A stretch of DNA of 64,000 bases from Vulcanimicrobiota bacterium. Lineage in GTDB: Bacteria > Vulcanimicrobiota > Vulcanimicrobiia > Vulcanimicrobiales > Vulcanimicrobiaceae. Position 1 is the stretch's first letter. Every line of letters begins with the position of its first letter. The DNA is taken from assembly GCA_963714015.1 (NCBI GenBank), contig OY970223.1, positions 1,344,001 through 1,408,000 of the forward strand, written 5' to 3'. This document shows, piece after piece, positions 1 through 10,025 of the stretch. The notes beneath the pieces were generated by a model. It ran no database searches. It saw only the letters and a program-made list of their open reading frames with translations, and was not told the origin of the DNA. The position numbers were made by a program, and so were the translations under genes.

Positions 1-2
1 GG

Positions 3-389
3 CACTCGTTTGCGGGAAACCCCATTGCCTGCGCAGCGGCGATCGCTTCGATCGACCTTTTCGAGCAAGAACGAACGCTCGAGCACGTTGCGCTCGTAAC
101 GCAAGCCATTGCACCCGCGCTGACGGCGCTGAGCTACCATCCGGCCGTGCGCGAAGTGCGCCGCTCGGGAATGATGATCGGCATCGAGTTGAACGTCGAT
201 CGAATTCCCTGCGAGGGTCATGCGACGCCCGCCTGGCGCATCGCAAGCGATCTTTATGAAGCGGGTCACTTCACCCGGCCCATCGGCGAGGTCATTCAGC
301 TCGTTCCGCCGCTCTCGAGCACGGCCGAAGAATTACGCGAGTTTTTGGACGCGCTCTGCGCGGTGCTCCCCCATCGGAACGTTTCTTGA
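3..389 (+). CDS. bioA: Adenosylmethionine-8-amino-7-oxononanoate aminotransferase, C-terminal part (5' end lies outside the window)
   Basis: Frame 3 reads HSFAGNPIACAAA...VRRSGMMIGIEL...RPIGEVIQLVPPL, a class III aminotransferase C-terminus; directly upstream of bioF/D/B. Confidence 0.9.
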   Translation, partial: HSFAGNPIACAAAIASIDLFEQERTLEHVALVTQAIAPALTALSYHPAVREVRRSGMMIGIELNVDRIPCEGHATPAWRIASDLYEAGHFTRPIGEVIQLVPPLSSTAEELREFLDALCAVLPHRNVS

Positions 390-1483
390 GCGGTTATCTG
401 CGCAAAGCCGAAGAGGCGCTGCGGTCGATTCGTGAGGCGGGACGTTATCGCGCACTTGAAGCGGGCCGCCCCGCGTACGCGGCGGACTTTTCGACGAACG
501 ATTATCTTGCGCTCTCGACTGATTCACGTATGGTCGAAGCGGTGCGCCGTGCCGACGCCGTCGGTTCCGGCGGCGCCCGCCTTCTAGGCGGTCGCCATCG
601 CGAGCATTATCTGCTCGAACAAGAGATCGCTGCGTGGCTGGGCCGCGAGCGGGCGCTGTTGTTTTCCTCGGGTTACCTGGCTGCATTGGGCGCGGTCCAG
701 GTGCTCGCGAATCTGTGCGGCTCGATTTACTCGGACGCGCTCAACCATGCTTGCCTGATCGACGGCATCCGCGCCTCGAGAAAGCCGCATGACGTTTATG
801 CGCACTTGCAACTTCCGGAGCTTGCGTTGCGGCGGCGCGGTTCCCTGATCGTCAGTGAGTCGCTGTTCGGCATGGACGGGGACACTGCGGACGTAAGTGC
901 CATGCTTGGAGAACTTGGTGATGGCGACGTGCTCCTCTTAGACGAAGCGCATGCGCTCGGCATTCTGGGCCCGCAGGGCGCCGGGGCGGCTCACGGCATC
1001 GTGGACGATCGCATCGTCGTTCTAGGTACGCTGGGGAAGGCAGTCGGTGCAGCGGGCGGATTTATCGCCGGTCCTGCCGTCCTTATCGAACTGCTGGTGA
1101 ATCAAGCGCGCACGTTCATTTTTGATACGGCACTTCCGCCGGCGCTGGCCTTTGCTGCGCGTGTGGGAATCATGCTTGCGCGCAGCGCAGACGACCGGCG
1201 CGAACGGCTCAAGAGCAACGTCTTGCGGCTGCACGCCGGATTGCGGGAGCTGCGATTGAGCGTTCCGCAAAAACCTGTGCCGATCGTTCCGGTGTTCGCC
1301 GGCGACGAGTACGAGGCGATGCGCTTGATGCAGCGGTGCTTGGAGTGCGGCGTCTACGCTCCGGCGGTACGCCCGCCCACGGTTCCGCCGGGAACCTCAC
1401 GATTGCGTCTTTCGGTGCGCGCGGATCACACGCAGGAACAGATCGCGCTCTTCCTGGATCGACTGGCATGCAGCGTTACTTGA
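386..1483 (+). CDS. bioF: 8-amino-7-oxononanoate synthase
   Basis: DFSTNDYLAL, GSGGARLLGG, FSSGY, DALNHACLIDG, DEAHA, GTLGKA (PLP Lys), RPPTVP..RLR motifs. Confidence 0.95.
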   Translation: MSGYLRKAEEALRSIREAGRYRALEAGRPAYAADFSTNDYLALSTDSRMVEAVRRADAVGSGGARLLGGRHREHYLLEQEIAAWLGRERALLFSSGYLAALGAVQVLANLCGSIYSDALNHACLIDGIRASRKPHDVYAHLQLPELALRRRGSLIVSESLFGMDGDTADVSAMLGELGDGDVLLLDEAHALGILGPQGAGAAHGIVDDRIVVLGTLGKAVGAAGGFIAGPAVLIELLVNQARTFIFDTALPPALAFAARVGIMLARSADDRRERLKSNVLRLHAGLRELRLSVPQKPVPIVPVFAGDEYEAMRLMQRCLECGVYAPAVRPPTVPPGTSRLRLSVRADHTQEQIALFLDRLACSVT

Positions 1484-2112
1484 TCACCGGCACCGATACG
1501 GACGTCGGTAAGACTCGAGTTACCGCAGCGTTTGCCAATGCGCTGCGCATCGCCGGACAGAATCCGACGATCGTCAAACTGGTCCAGACGGGACTGGCTC
1601 CAGGTGTTCCGGGTGATGCGGTACGCGCGGGGACGCTTGCGCAATGCCGCTATGTCGAACTCGCCCGATTTCGCAAACCTGCCGATCCTTGGTCGGCGGC
1701 GCTGACCGAAGGAATGCCGACGGTGCGCGCCGAGGATCTTGCGGGCGCGCTGAACGGAATTCCGGGTTCCGTTGTAGCCGAGGGCGCCGGCGGTTTGGCG
1801 GTGCCGCTGAACCGGCTGCAGAACTTCGGGACGGTCGCCTTATGCGCAAAACTGCGCGTGCTCTTAGCGATCGGCTTGCGCCTCGGGTGCATGAATCATG
1901 CGCTGCTCACGCTGGCGCTCTGCGATCAATTGCGCGTCCCCGTAGCGGGCGGCATCCTGGTCGAGCGCTGGGAAAAGACGGACCCCTCATACGCCGCCGA
2001 CGTAGCGCGCGCGCTGCAGGGAAAACTCGAGATTCTTGGCATTGTGCCGTTTAATCCAAACGAGACCGCCTCGGTCGAGGAAGCCGCGCAGCTCTTCGTC
2101 CCGCTGCTATAA
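1468..2112 (+). CDS. bioD: Dethiobiotin synthetase
   Basis: ITGTDTDVGKT P-loop, K.VQTG, EGAGGL, LGCMNHALLT; ATG at 1468 overlaps the bioF end. Confidence 0.95.
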   Translation: MQRYLITGTDTDVGKTRVTAAFANALRIAGQNPTIVKLVQTGLAPGVPGDAVRAGTLAQCRYVELARFRKPADPWSAALTEGMPTVRAEDLAGALNGIPGSVVAEGAGGLAVPLNRLQNFGTVALCAKLRVLLAIGLRLGCMNHALLTLALCDQLRVPVAGGILVERWEKTDPSYAADVARALQGKLEILGIVPFNPNETASVEEAAQLFVPLL

Positions 2113-2125
2113 GGAAAGACGGACC

Positions 2126-3109
2126 TTGAGTCACCCCGCTATCGAAAGCGCACGCGAACGCGTGTTGAACCGGCGCTCGGCTGCCGGCCGGCAGCTGCTT
2201 GGATCGCTCGCCGAGATGCCCGCGCAGCACGTCACCGCTCTCCTGGCTTTAGCAAACGAAGTGCGCGGCGCCTACTGTGGTGACGGCGTGGCCGTCGAAG
2301 TGCTCTACAACGCGAAAAAAGGCGGCTGTTCCGAAGACTGCAATTTCTGTTCGCAAAGCGCGCGCTTTGCTTCCGGCGTGGATCCCGAACCGCTCAGCAG
2401 CGTCGAAGGCTTTCTTGAAGCCGCGCGCGATGCGCACGAGCGGGGCGCCGGCGAGCTCTGCATCGTCGTCGCGGTGCGCGGTCCGTCGGCTAAGCTGCTC
2501 GAGCGCGTCTGCACGGCAGTTCCGCTGATCAAGGAACGTTACCCGCTCACTGTGGCCGTTTCACTGGGGATTCTGCGTGAGGATCAACTCATGCAGCTCT
2601 GCCGGGCGGGCGTGGATAAGGTCAACCACAACCTCGAAACGTCGCGCCGGTATTTTCCGTCGGTCTGCACGACGCACAGCTATGACGAACGTTGGGAGAC
2701 GTGCCGGCTCGTCAAGCGGCACGATCTGCAGCTCTGCTGCGGCGGTATCATCGGCATGGGGGAGACGCTCGAGGATCGCTTGGATTTTTTGGAGTCGCTG
2801 CAGCTCTTGGAGCCGGACGAGGTGCCGGTGAATTTTCTCAATCCGCGGCCCGGCACGCCGTTCGGCGATCGGGCGCTGCTGGATCCGATTGAAGCGCTGC
2901 GCTTTGTCGCAATGGCTAGGCTCGCGCTCCCCAAGGCGTTAATCCGCTTTGCCGGCGGCCGTGAAGTAACGCTGCAAGGCCTTCAGGATCTCGGAATGCG
3001 CAGCGGTGCGAGCGGCATCGTCCTCGGCAACTATCTCACCACGGCCGGACGCAGCGATAGCGACGACTTCGCGATGCTCGATCGCCTCGGCTTCGAGATT
3101 CTGAGCTAA
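2126..3109 (+). CDS. bioB: Biotin synthase (radical SAM)
   Basis: CSEDCNFCSQS (CxxxCxxC), NHNLETS, CCGGIIGMGE, GNYLTT; TTG start at 2126 after AAGGA. Confidence 0.95.
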   Translation: MSHPAIESARERVLNRRSAAGRQLLGSLAEMPAQHVTALLALANEVRGAYCGDGVAVEVLYNAKKGGCSEDCNFCSQSARFASGVDPEPLSSVEGFLEAARDAHERGAGELCIVVAVRGPSAKLLERVCTAVPLIKERYPLTVAVSLGILREDQLMQLCRAGVDKVNHNLETSRRYFPSVCTTHSYDERWETCRLVKRHDLQLCCGGIIGMGETLEDRLDFLESLQLLEPDEVPVNFLNPRPGTPFGDRALLDPIEALRFVAMARLALPKALIRFAGGREVTLQGLQDLGMRSGASGIVLGNYLTTAGRSDSDDFAMLDRLGFEILS

Positions 3110-3121
3110 CCGCGCATCGTC

Positions 3122-4603
3122 GTGGATCAAACGAAGACGCCGTATTTCCAGGCGCTGCTCGAGTACGTCGACTCGGGAGTGATTCCGTTTCACACACCCG
3201 GGCACAAGCAAGGGATCGGAATGGATCGCGCTTTTCGAGAGTTCGTCGGAGACAACATTTGCGCGATCGACCTCACGCCCATGCCTGGAATCGACGATCT
3301 GCTTCAGCCGACCGCATCCATTTTGGAAGCGCAACAGCTGGCGGCGCAGGCGTACGGGGCCGATCGCAGCTATTTTCTCGTGAACGGCTCCACGAGCGGC
3401 AACCAATGCATGATGATGACCGCGGTGAACCCCGGCGAGAAGATCGCCGTGCCGCGCAACTCGCACAAGTCGATGCTCGGCGGCTTGGTCATGAGCGGCG
3501 CAAACCCGGTTTACATGCAGCCCGCCGTGGACGAGACGCTGCACATGGATCATTGCGTGACGCCGGCGACGGTTCGGGCTGTTTTGGAAGAACATCCCGA
3601 TCTGAAAGCAGTATATCTTGTGAGCCCGACGTATTACGGCGTCGCTGCGGACCTCGAATCGATCGAAACGATCGTGCACGAGGCCGGCAAACTGCTCTTG
3701 GTGGACGAAGCGTGGGGGCCGCATTTCCATTTTCACCCAGCGCTTCCGGTTTCGGCTACGGCGGCGGGAGCGGACCTGTGCATCAACTCCACGCACAAAA
3801 TGCTCTCCGCGTTTTCGCAGTGTGCGATGCTTCATCAAAAGGGGCCGCGCGTGCGCGTCGACCGGCTGGAAGCGGTCCTCAAGATGTTCTTGTCGACCTC
3901 ACCCAATCTGCCCATGGTGGCGTCTCTGGACGTGGCGCGTAAGCAGATGGCCGTTGAAGGCGCGGCGCTCCTCTCGCAAACGATCGCGCTCGCCAACCGT
4001 ACGCGCCAGCGCCTGAACGGTATCGAGGGAGTCTACTGCTTCGGTGAGGAGCTCCAGGGCCGCCCCGGCGTCTTCGATCTCGATCCGACGAAGGTGACCA
4101 TCACGGTCAAGGATCTGGGCTACACTGGATACGAAGCATCGGAGATCTTACGGCGCCGCTACAACGTTCAGGTGGAAGTTGCCGATTTGTTCAACGTGGT
4201 CGCCCTGTTCACGATTGGGACGTCAGAAGCTGCGGCCGACCGGCTCGTGGAAGGCGTTACCGAGCTCGCGCGCGAGGATCGTCCTATCGACATTTTTTCG
4301 CCGTCCGGCGTGCTCGAACGGCGGATGAAGACCGGCACGTACAAGTTGCCCCAGATTCCGGCGATGCGCATGCTGCCGCGCGACGCTTTTCTCGCGGAAA
4401 CCGAATCGCTGCGCTTCAAGAATAGCGCCGGAAGAATATGCGCCGAGACCATCTCGCCGTATCCTCCCGGAATTCCGGTCATCTCGCCCGGCGAAGAGAT
4501 TACGGAACAGATTATAGATTATCTTTCGCTCGAGCTGAAGGCCGGAGTGCGCATGCAAGGGCCGTACGACAGCGAGCTGAAGACGATTCGCGTCGTCGTT
4601 TGA
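3122..4603 (+). CDS. Arginine/lysine/ornithine decarboxylase (PLP fold I)
   Basis: FHTPGHK, LVNGSTSG, RNSHKS, DEAWG, STHKML (PLP Lys), PYPPGIP; substrate cannot be resolved from sequence. Confidence 0.9.
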   Translation: MDQTKTPYFQALLEYVDSGVIPFHTPGHKQGIGMDRAFREFVGDNICAIDLTPMPGIDDLLQPTASILEAQQLAAQAYGADRSYFLVNGSTSGNQCMMMTAVNPGEKIAVPRNSHKSMLGGLVMSGANPVYMQPAVDETLHMDHCVTPATVRAVLEEHPDLKAVYLVSPTYYGVAADLESIETIVHEAGKLLLVDEAWGPHFHFHPALPVSATAAGADLCINSTHKMLSAFSQCAMLHQKGPRVRVDRLEAVLKMFLSTSPNLPMVASLDVARKQMAVEGAALLSQTIALANRTRQRLNGIEGVYCFGEELQGRPGVFDLDPTKVTITVKDLGYTGYEASEILRRRYNVQVEVADLFNVVALFTIGTSEAAADRLVEGVTELAREDRPIDIFSPSGVLERRMKTGTYKLPQIPAMRMLPRDAFLAETESLRFKNSAGRICAETISPYPPGIPVISPGEEITEQIIDYLSLELKAGVRMQGPYDSELKTIRVVV

Positions 4604-4706
4604 AGGGCCGGCTGCTTGGCAACCGTGCGTCGGCAGGGTGCGCGGGCCGCCGCGGGTAAAAGATTCCAAACGCCCTTCGAAAAACAACCGGAAGCGAGGG
4701 TCAGTA

Positions 4707-6254
4707 TTGGCGGTTAAGGCCGAATCTATGGCTCCCAATTGGGAGCTCACCCAACTCCTGGACATTTTCCCGCTTCCCATCCGGCAATCGCTCATTCGAC
4801 TTGCGAACCTCGAGAGCATGATCGAGGTCGTGCTGGATCTCGGCCGCCCTCCGGAAGCGCGTTTCGAAAACGACTTCGTCTATCTCTCCGAAACACCGGT
4901 CAGCCAGGAAGACATTGCGCACGTCTGTTCGCGGCTCTCGACGTTCGGTGCGGACAATCGCGCCGGCATCGAACAAACGCTGCACCGCATAAGCGCGATC
5001 CGCAACCGCACCGGAAAAATCGTCGGCCTCACTTGCCGCGTCGGCCGCGCGGTTTACGGCACAATCGACATCGTTCTCGATATCTTGCGCAGCGGGAAAT
5101 CCATTTGCCTTTTGGGCCGCCCCGGCGTAGGCAAGACGACGATGCTGCGCGAGTGCGCGCGCGTGCTGTCCGAGGACCGCAAGCGCGTCGTGATCGTGGA
5201 CACGTCGAACGAGATCGCCGGCGACTCCGATATCCCGCATCCGGGCATCGGAACGGCGCGGCGCATGCAGGTTGCCAATCCGGCTCTCCAGCATGCGGTA
5301 ATGATCGAAGCGGTTGAAAACCATATGCCGCAGGTCGTGGTAATCGACGAGATCGGTACCGAGGCGGAAGCGGGCGCCGCGCGCACGATCGCGGAGCGCG
5401 GCGTGGCGCTCATCGGTACGGCCCACGGCCAAACACTCGAGAACCTCCTCATGAATCCAACGCTCTCGGATTTGGTCGGCGGCATTAGTGCGGTGACGCT
5501 CTCCGACGAGGAAGCGCGCCGCCGGGGAACGCGCAAGACGGTGCTCGAGCGAAAGGCTCCCCCCACATTCGACGTCGTCGTCGAGATTCACGACCGCGAT
5601 CGCTTGGCGATTCACAAGAACGTCGCGGACGTGGTCGACGCATTACTGCGCGGTTACCAGCCGCAACCCGAAGTGCGAGCGCGCACGGCGAGCGGTCAGG
5701 TCGCGATCGTGCAGGAAGCCGATACCGAGTCGATGCCGCAGATGACTGCCCACGCAGCGTTTCACGAAGACGAAGGCGAGCGCGAGGATCGCGACAAGCC
5801 CTTGATGATTTTCCCCTACGGCGTTTCGCGCAACAAGATCGAGCGCGCGATTCACAATCTTCGCGTCAATGCGGCGATCGCGCGCAATTGGGACGACGCC
5901 GACGTCGTGCTCACGCTCAAGACGCTGGAGCGTAAGGAACAACCGAAGCTCAAGCAGATTGCGTCCGAAAACATCCCGATTTACAGCATCAAGACCAATA
6001 CGACGACCCAGATCCAAGCCTCGCTCAAGGACGTATTCAACCTGCCGTCGATCGACACCGAAGAGATCGCGTTGCGCGAAACCGAAGAAGCGATCTACCA
6101 AGTGCTCCTCAACAGCAAGGCGATCGAGCTTTCGCCGCAGACCTCGTACGTTCGGCGCATGCAGCATCAGCTGGCCGAGAAGTACCGGCTGCAATCGCGC
6201 AGCACCGGTTTGGAACCCAACCGCCGCGTGCGGATCTTTAAAGCGGAAGGTTGA
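4707..6254 (+). CDS. Ycf45/SpoIIIAA-like AAA ATPase with C-terminal R3H domain
   Basis: DLGRPPEAR, LHRISAIRNR, GRPGVGKTT, DTSNEIAG, IDEIG, TAHG; C-terminal RRMQH (R3H); TTG start chosen from the GAGGG RBS. Confidence 0.9.
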   Translation: MAVKAESMAPNWELTQLLDIFPLPIRQSLIRLANLESMIEVVLDLGRPPEARFENDFVYLSETPVSQEDIAHVCSRLSTFGADNRAGIEQTLHRISAIRNRTGKIVGLTCRVGRAVYGTIDIVLDILRSGKSICLLGRPGVGKTTMLRECARVLSEDRKRVVIVDTSNEIAGDSDIPHPGIGTARRMQVANPALQHAVMIEAVENHMPQVVVIDEIGTEAEAGAARTIAERGVALIGTAHGQTLENLLMNPTLSDLVGGISAVTLSDEEARRRGTRKTVLERKAPPTFDVVVEIHDRDRLAIHKNVADVVDALLRGYQPQPEVRARTASGQVAIVQEADTESMPQMTAHAAFHEDEGEREDRDKPLMIFPYGVSRNKIERAIHNLRVNAAIARNWDDADVVLTLKTLERKEQPKLKQIASENIPIYSIKTNTTTQIQASLKDVFNLPSIDTEEIALRETEEAIYQVLLNSKAIELSPQTSYVRRMQHQLAEKYRLQSRSTGLEPNRRVRIFKAEG

Positions 6255-8219
6255 AAAGAAGCGCATTCCTCGGCGGGGCCGGTGCGGCGGCCTTCGTTCC
6301 ATTCGTAGCGCGCGCGTCCGCGAGCCGAAATACGTTTCGCCTGCAAACCGCCGGCATCGATGCCGAGTGGAGCATCGACGGCGGCGTATTCCGTATGATC
6401 GCGCTTTCCGACCGAATCTCGGGACTGCCGATCCCGCTTCCCGCCGAACCCTTTGCGCTGCATTTCGCGGACGGCACGATTAAGAAAGCGAGTGAATTCG
6501 CGATCGTGCGCGGGCCGGAAACCGCTCGGGGCGCGGGAATTCCGCAGGCCGCGCGTCTGGCCGAACGCTTGGCGGCTGCGGACGTTACGCTGGAAATGCG
6601 CGAGGCGCAAACGGGTACGCACGTCACATGGCGCGCTATCGCGTCGGACGGAGCGCAGTATCTGCGTCAGGAGTTGACGATTGCGCCGGAGGCGCGGGCG
6701 CTTCCCTTGCGCGGCGTGTACGTCTTCGAATGGCGCCGTTTCCCCAACGTGGAGACGGCCGGATTCTGCGACGGCTCGCCGCTCGTTGCGGGCAGAGTCT
6801 TTGCTTCGGTCGAGCACCCGTTCGCGCAAACGGACGCGCTTTGGGATAGCGCATCGGCATGGCTGCCGAACAAGGTCGACGTGGAACCGGGCCGTTCGCT
6901 GGTGCTGAGCTGGGTTATCGGTGCCGTGCGTCCAGGGCAGCTGCGGCGCGATTTTCTGGCATACGTCGAACGCGAACGCGCCCATCCGTATCGCACGTTC
7001 CTGCATTACAACTCGTGGTACGACATCGGGTACTTTAGCCGGTATACGCAGGACGACTGTCTTTTGCGAATACACGCATTCGGTGAGGAATTGCATCGCC
7101 GCCGCGGCGTTATGCTCAAGTCCTTCTTGTTCGACGACGGCTGGGACGATCCGAACCGGCTTTGGCAGTATAATCCGGGATTTCCGGACGGATTTCTTCC
7201 ATTGCGCTCTGCAGCTTCGGCGTACGGCGCAGGCTTGGGCGCATGGCTCTCTCCCTGGGGCGGTTACGGCAAACCGCGCGACGAGCGGCTCGCGGCTGCA
7301 AAACGCGAAGGCTACGAAATCGACGCCGACGGCCTAGCGCTCTCGGGACCGAAATACTACGAATTTTTCAAATCGATCGTCGAGCGTTTCATGGATCAAG
7401 GCGTCAACCATTTCAAGACTGGACGGAACCGGCAGCGCATCGGCAGTGTATCCCGGAAGCCGCTTCGACAATAACTTTGAGGCGGCGATTGCGCTGATCG
7501 GTGAAATGCGTAAGCGGCGGCCGGATATGTACATCAATCTCACGACGGGGACGTACCCCTCGCCGTTCTGGCTGCGCTACTGCGACTCGATTTGGAGAGG
7601 CGGCAACGATCACGATTTCACGGGCGCGGGCTCTGCGCGTCAGCGGTGGATTACTTACCGGGACGCCGACACGTACCAGGGCATCGTTACCCAAGGACCG
7701 CTGTATCCGCTGAACTCGCTGATGCTCCACGGACTGCTCTTTGCGCAGCACGCGTTTCATCTGAACGAGGATCCGCATGGGGATTTTGCGAGCGAAGTGC
7801 GGTCGTACTTCGGGAACGGAACGCAGCTGCAGGAGATGTATATAACGCCGGATCTGCTCGCGCAGCGAGATTGGGACGAGATTGCGCAGGCGGCGCGGTG
7901 GTCGCAGGCCAACGCCGGCGTACTGCGCGACACGCACTGGATCGGCGGAGACCCTTATCGCCTGGATGTTTACGGTTGGGCCTCGTGGGCGCCGCGCAAA
8001 GGGATTCTCGTGCTGCGCAATCCGAGCGATCGCGCCAAAAGCATTCCGGTAGACGTGCAAACGGCATTCGAGTTGCCTGAAGGCGCCCCGATGCGCTACA
8101 GCGCGACGTCTCCTTGGGACGAACGAATGAGCCCCTTGAATTTGCAGGCCGGAGAAGAGCATTCGTTCCGGTTGAAACCGTTCGAAGTGCTGGTACTCGA
8201 CGTTCGGCCGTTGCGCTGA
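6251..8219 (+). CDS. Secreted glycoside hydrolase-like protein (clan GH-D-like TIM barrel), split by a 1-bp insertion at ~7418
   Basis: HYNSW, LFDDGW, WLSPWGG; removing a7418 gives FKLDGTG and joins ORFs 6251..7474 and 7446..8219; N-terminus resembles a Tat signal. Confidence 0.7.
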
Positions 8220-9328
8220 TGGCCGGCAACTCGATCGCCACGATCGGACGCAACTTCTGCATTGAGGGCAAGTTCGCGTGCGCCGCGCCAATCCAAAGCG
8301 GTCACATCAACGAATCTTACCTCGCCTGCTATGTTCAGGCAGATGAGTCCAAGCGGTACGTGCATCAGAAGATCAACGCCCGGATCTTTCGCGACGTCCC
8401 GGCGCTGATGGAGAACGTGGGACGCGTCACGCGGCACATTCGCGCGAAATTAAGCCGTCGCGGCATCGCCGGCGCCGAACGCCGAGTCTTAACGCTCGTT
8501 CCCGCCAGGGAGTCCTCGGGATGGGGAACGGACGTTTTTCGCGATGACGGAGGCCACTGGTGGCGCACATATGAATTTGTCGAGGGCGCGCGCACGTACG
8601 ACATCGTCGCCTCGCCGAAGACGGCCTACGAAGCGGCCAGAGCCTTTGGTGAATTCATTGCCGATCTCGCGGATCTGCCTGCACCGAGCCCGCACGAAAG
8701 CATTCCTTCGTTTCATGCCACGCCGCTGCGTTACGAACGATTCTTAGAAGCCGCCGCGTCGGGACTTCCGGATCGCTTGAAAGAAGCGAAAGACGAGATT
8801 CGCTTCTGCCGCGAGAACGAAGCGCTTTCGGGTCTACTCGAACGCCTGCCTAGCACCGGCGCGGCTCGGCTGTGCGTCGCGCACAACGATACGAAATTCA
8901 ATAACGTACTCATCGACGATGCATCGGGCGAAGCTATCTGCGTGATCGACCTGGACACCGTGATGCCCGGACTGGCGCTTTACGATTTCGGCGACTTGGT
9001 GCGCACCGGAACCGTGAACGCTGCCGAAGACGAACGCGACTTGCGGCTGATCGACGTCGACGAGGAGATGTTCCAAGCGCTTGCACGAGGTTTCATTCGG
9101 GGCACAGCGGGATTGTTGTCCTCGGTCGAGGTATCCGAACTGGTGACTGCGGGTATGGTGATGACGTTCGAGTGTGGAATGCGGTTTCTAACCGACTACC
9201 TGCAGGGCGATCCGTATTTCCGCACGTCGCGCCCGGGGCAGAATCTCGATCGCGCGCGAACGCAGTTCGAACTCGTCCGGTCGCTCGAGCGGAAGGAAGA
9301 ACGGCTTCGAGCAGTCCTGCCGTCCTAA
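8219..9328 (+). CDS. Aminoglycoside phosphotransferase-fold kinase (N-acetylhexosamine 1-kinase-like)
   Basis: GHINESY, HQKIN, FHATP, HNDTKFNNVL, VIDLDTVMPG, DFGD, RFLTDYL; ATG overlaps the upstream TGA. Confidence 0.8.
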   Translation: MAGNSIATIGRNFCIEGKFACAAPIQSGHINESYLACYVQADESKRYVHQKINARIFRDVPALMENVGRVTRHIRAKLSRRGIAGAERRVLTLVPARESSGWGTDVFRDDGGHWWRTYEFVEGARTYDIVASPKTAYEAARAFGEFIADLADLPAPSPHESIPSFHATPLRYERFLEAAASGLPDRLKEAKDEIRFCRENEALSGLLERLPSTGAARLCVAHNDTKFNNVLIDDASGEAICVIDLDTVMPGLALYDFGDLVRTGTVNAAEDERDLRLIDVDEEMFQALARGFIRGTAGLLSSVEVSELVTAGMVMTFECGMRFLTDYLQGDPYFRTSRPGQNLDRARTQFELVRSLERKEERLRAVLPS

Positions 9329-9401
9329 GCCGCTGCGCCTCCTGCGGGCGATGCGAAAGAATCCGCACGAAGCCTCGCGAAAGCGCGGCTTCGGAGTTTG
9401 C

Positions 9402-10025
9402 ATGTTCGTAACGTTCGAAGGCATAGAAGGAAGCGGCAAATCGACGCTGATCGCTGCGGTAGAGCGCAGCTTGAAGGCAGCCGGAAGCGAAGTATTGCTC
9501 GCGCGGGAACCCGGCGGAACGCCGGCAGGAGATGCGGTACGGCGAATATTTCTGCAACCCGGACTTTCTATCGATGCGATGACCGAGGTGATGCTCATCA
9601 ATGCGTCGCGAGCACAACTCGTCGCCTCGGTTCTGCGGCCTGCAGTGAATCGCGGCCGCTACGTCCTGTGCGATCGCTATGTCGATTCTACGCTGGCTTA
9701 TCAGGGCTACGGCCGCGGACTTGCGATCGATGCGGTGCGGGCGGTGTGCGACGCGGCAACCGGCGGATTAAAACCCGATCTCACGCTGCTCCTGGACGTC
9801 CCCGTCGAGACGTCGATCCGCAGGCTTGCCAGCCGTCAAAACGGCGCCGATCGCCTGGAGCGTGAAGGCCGGCCGTTTCACGAGCGCGTGCGCAGAGGCT
9901 TCTTGGATCTCGCCGGCCGCAGCCCGCAGATCGTCGTGCTGAACGGAGAGCGCAGCCCCGATGAGGTTCTCGATGCCGCGATGGCGGCAATCGGCGCCGC
10001 AATCTCCGGAGCCCCATCGGAATGA
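9402..10025 (+). CDS. tmk: Thymidylate kinase
   Basis: FEGIEGSGKST, REPGGT, DRYVDSTLAYQG, PDLTLLLD. Confidence 0.95.
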   Translation: MFVTFEGIEGSGKSTLIAAVERSLKAAGSEVLLAREPGGTPAGDAVRRIFLQPGLSIDAMTEVMLINASRAQLVASVLRPAVNRGRYVLCDRYVDSTLAYQGYGRGLAIDAVRAVCDAATGGLKPDLTLLLDVPVETSIRRLASRQNGADRLEREGRPFHERVRRGFLDLAGRSPQIVVLNGERSPDEVLDAAMAAIGAAISGAPSE

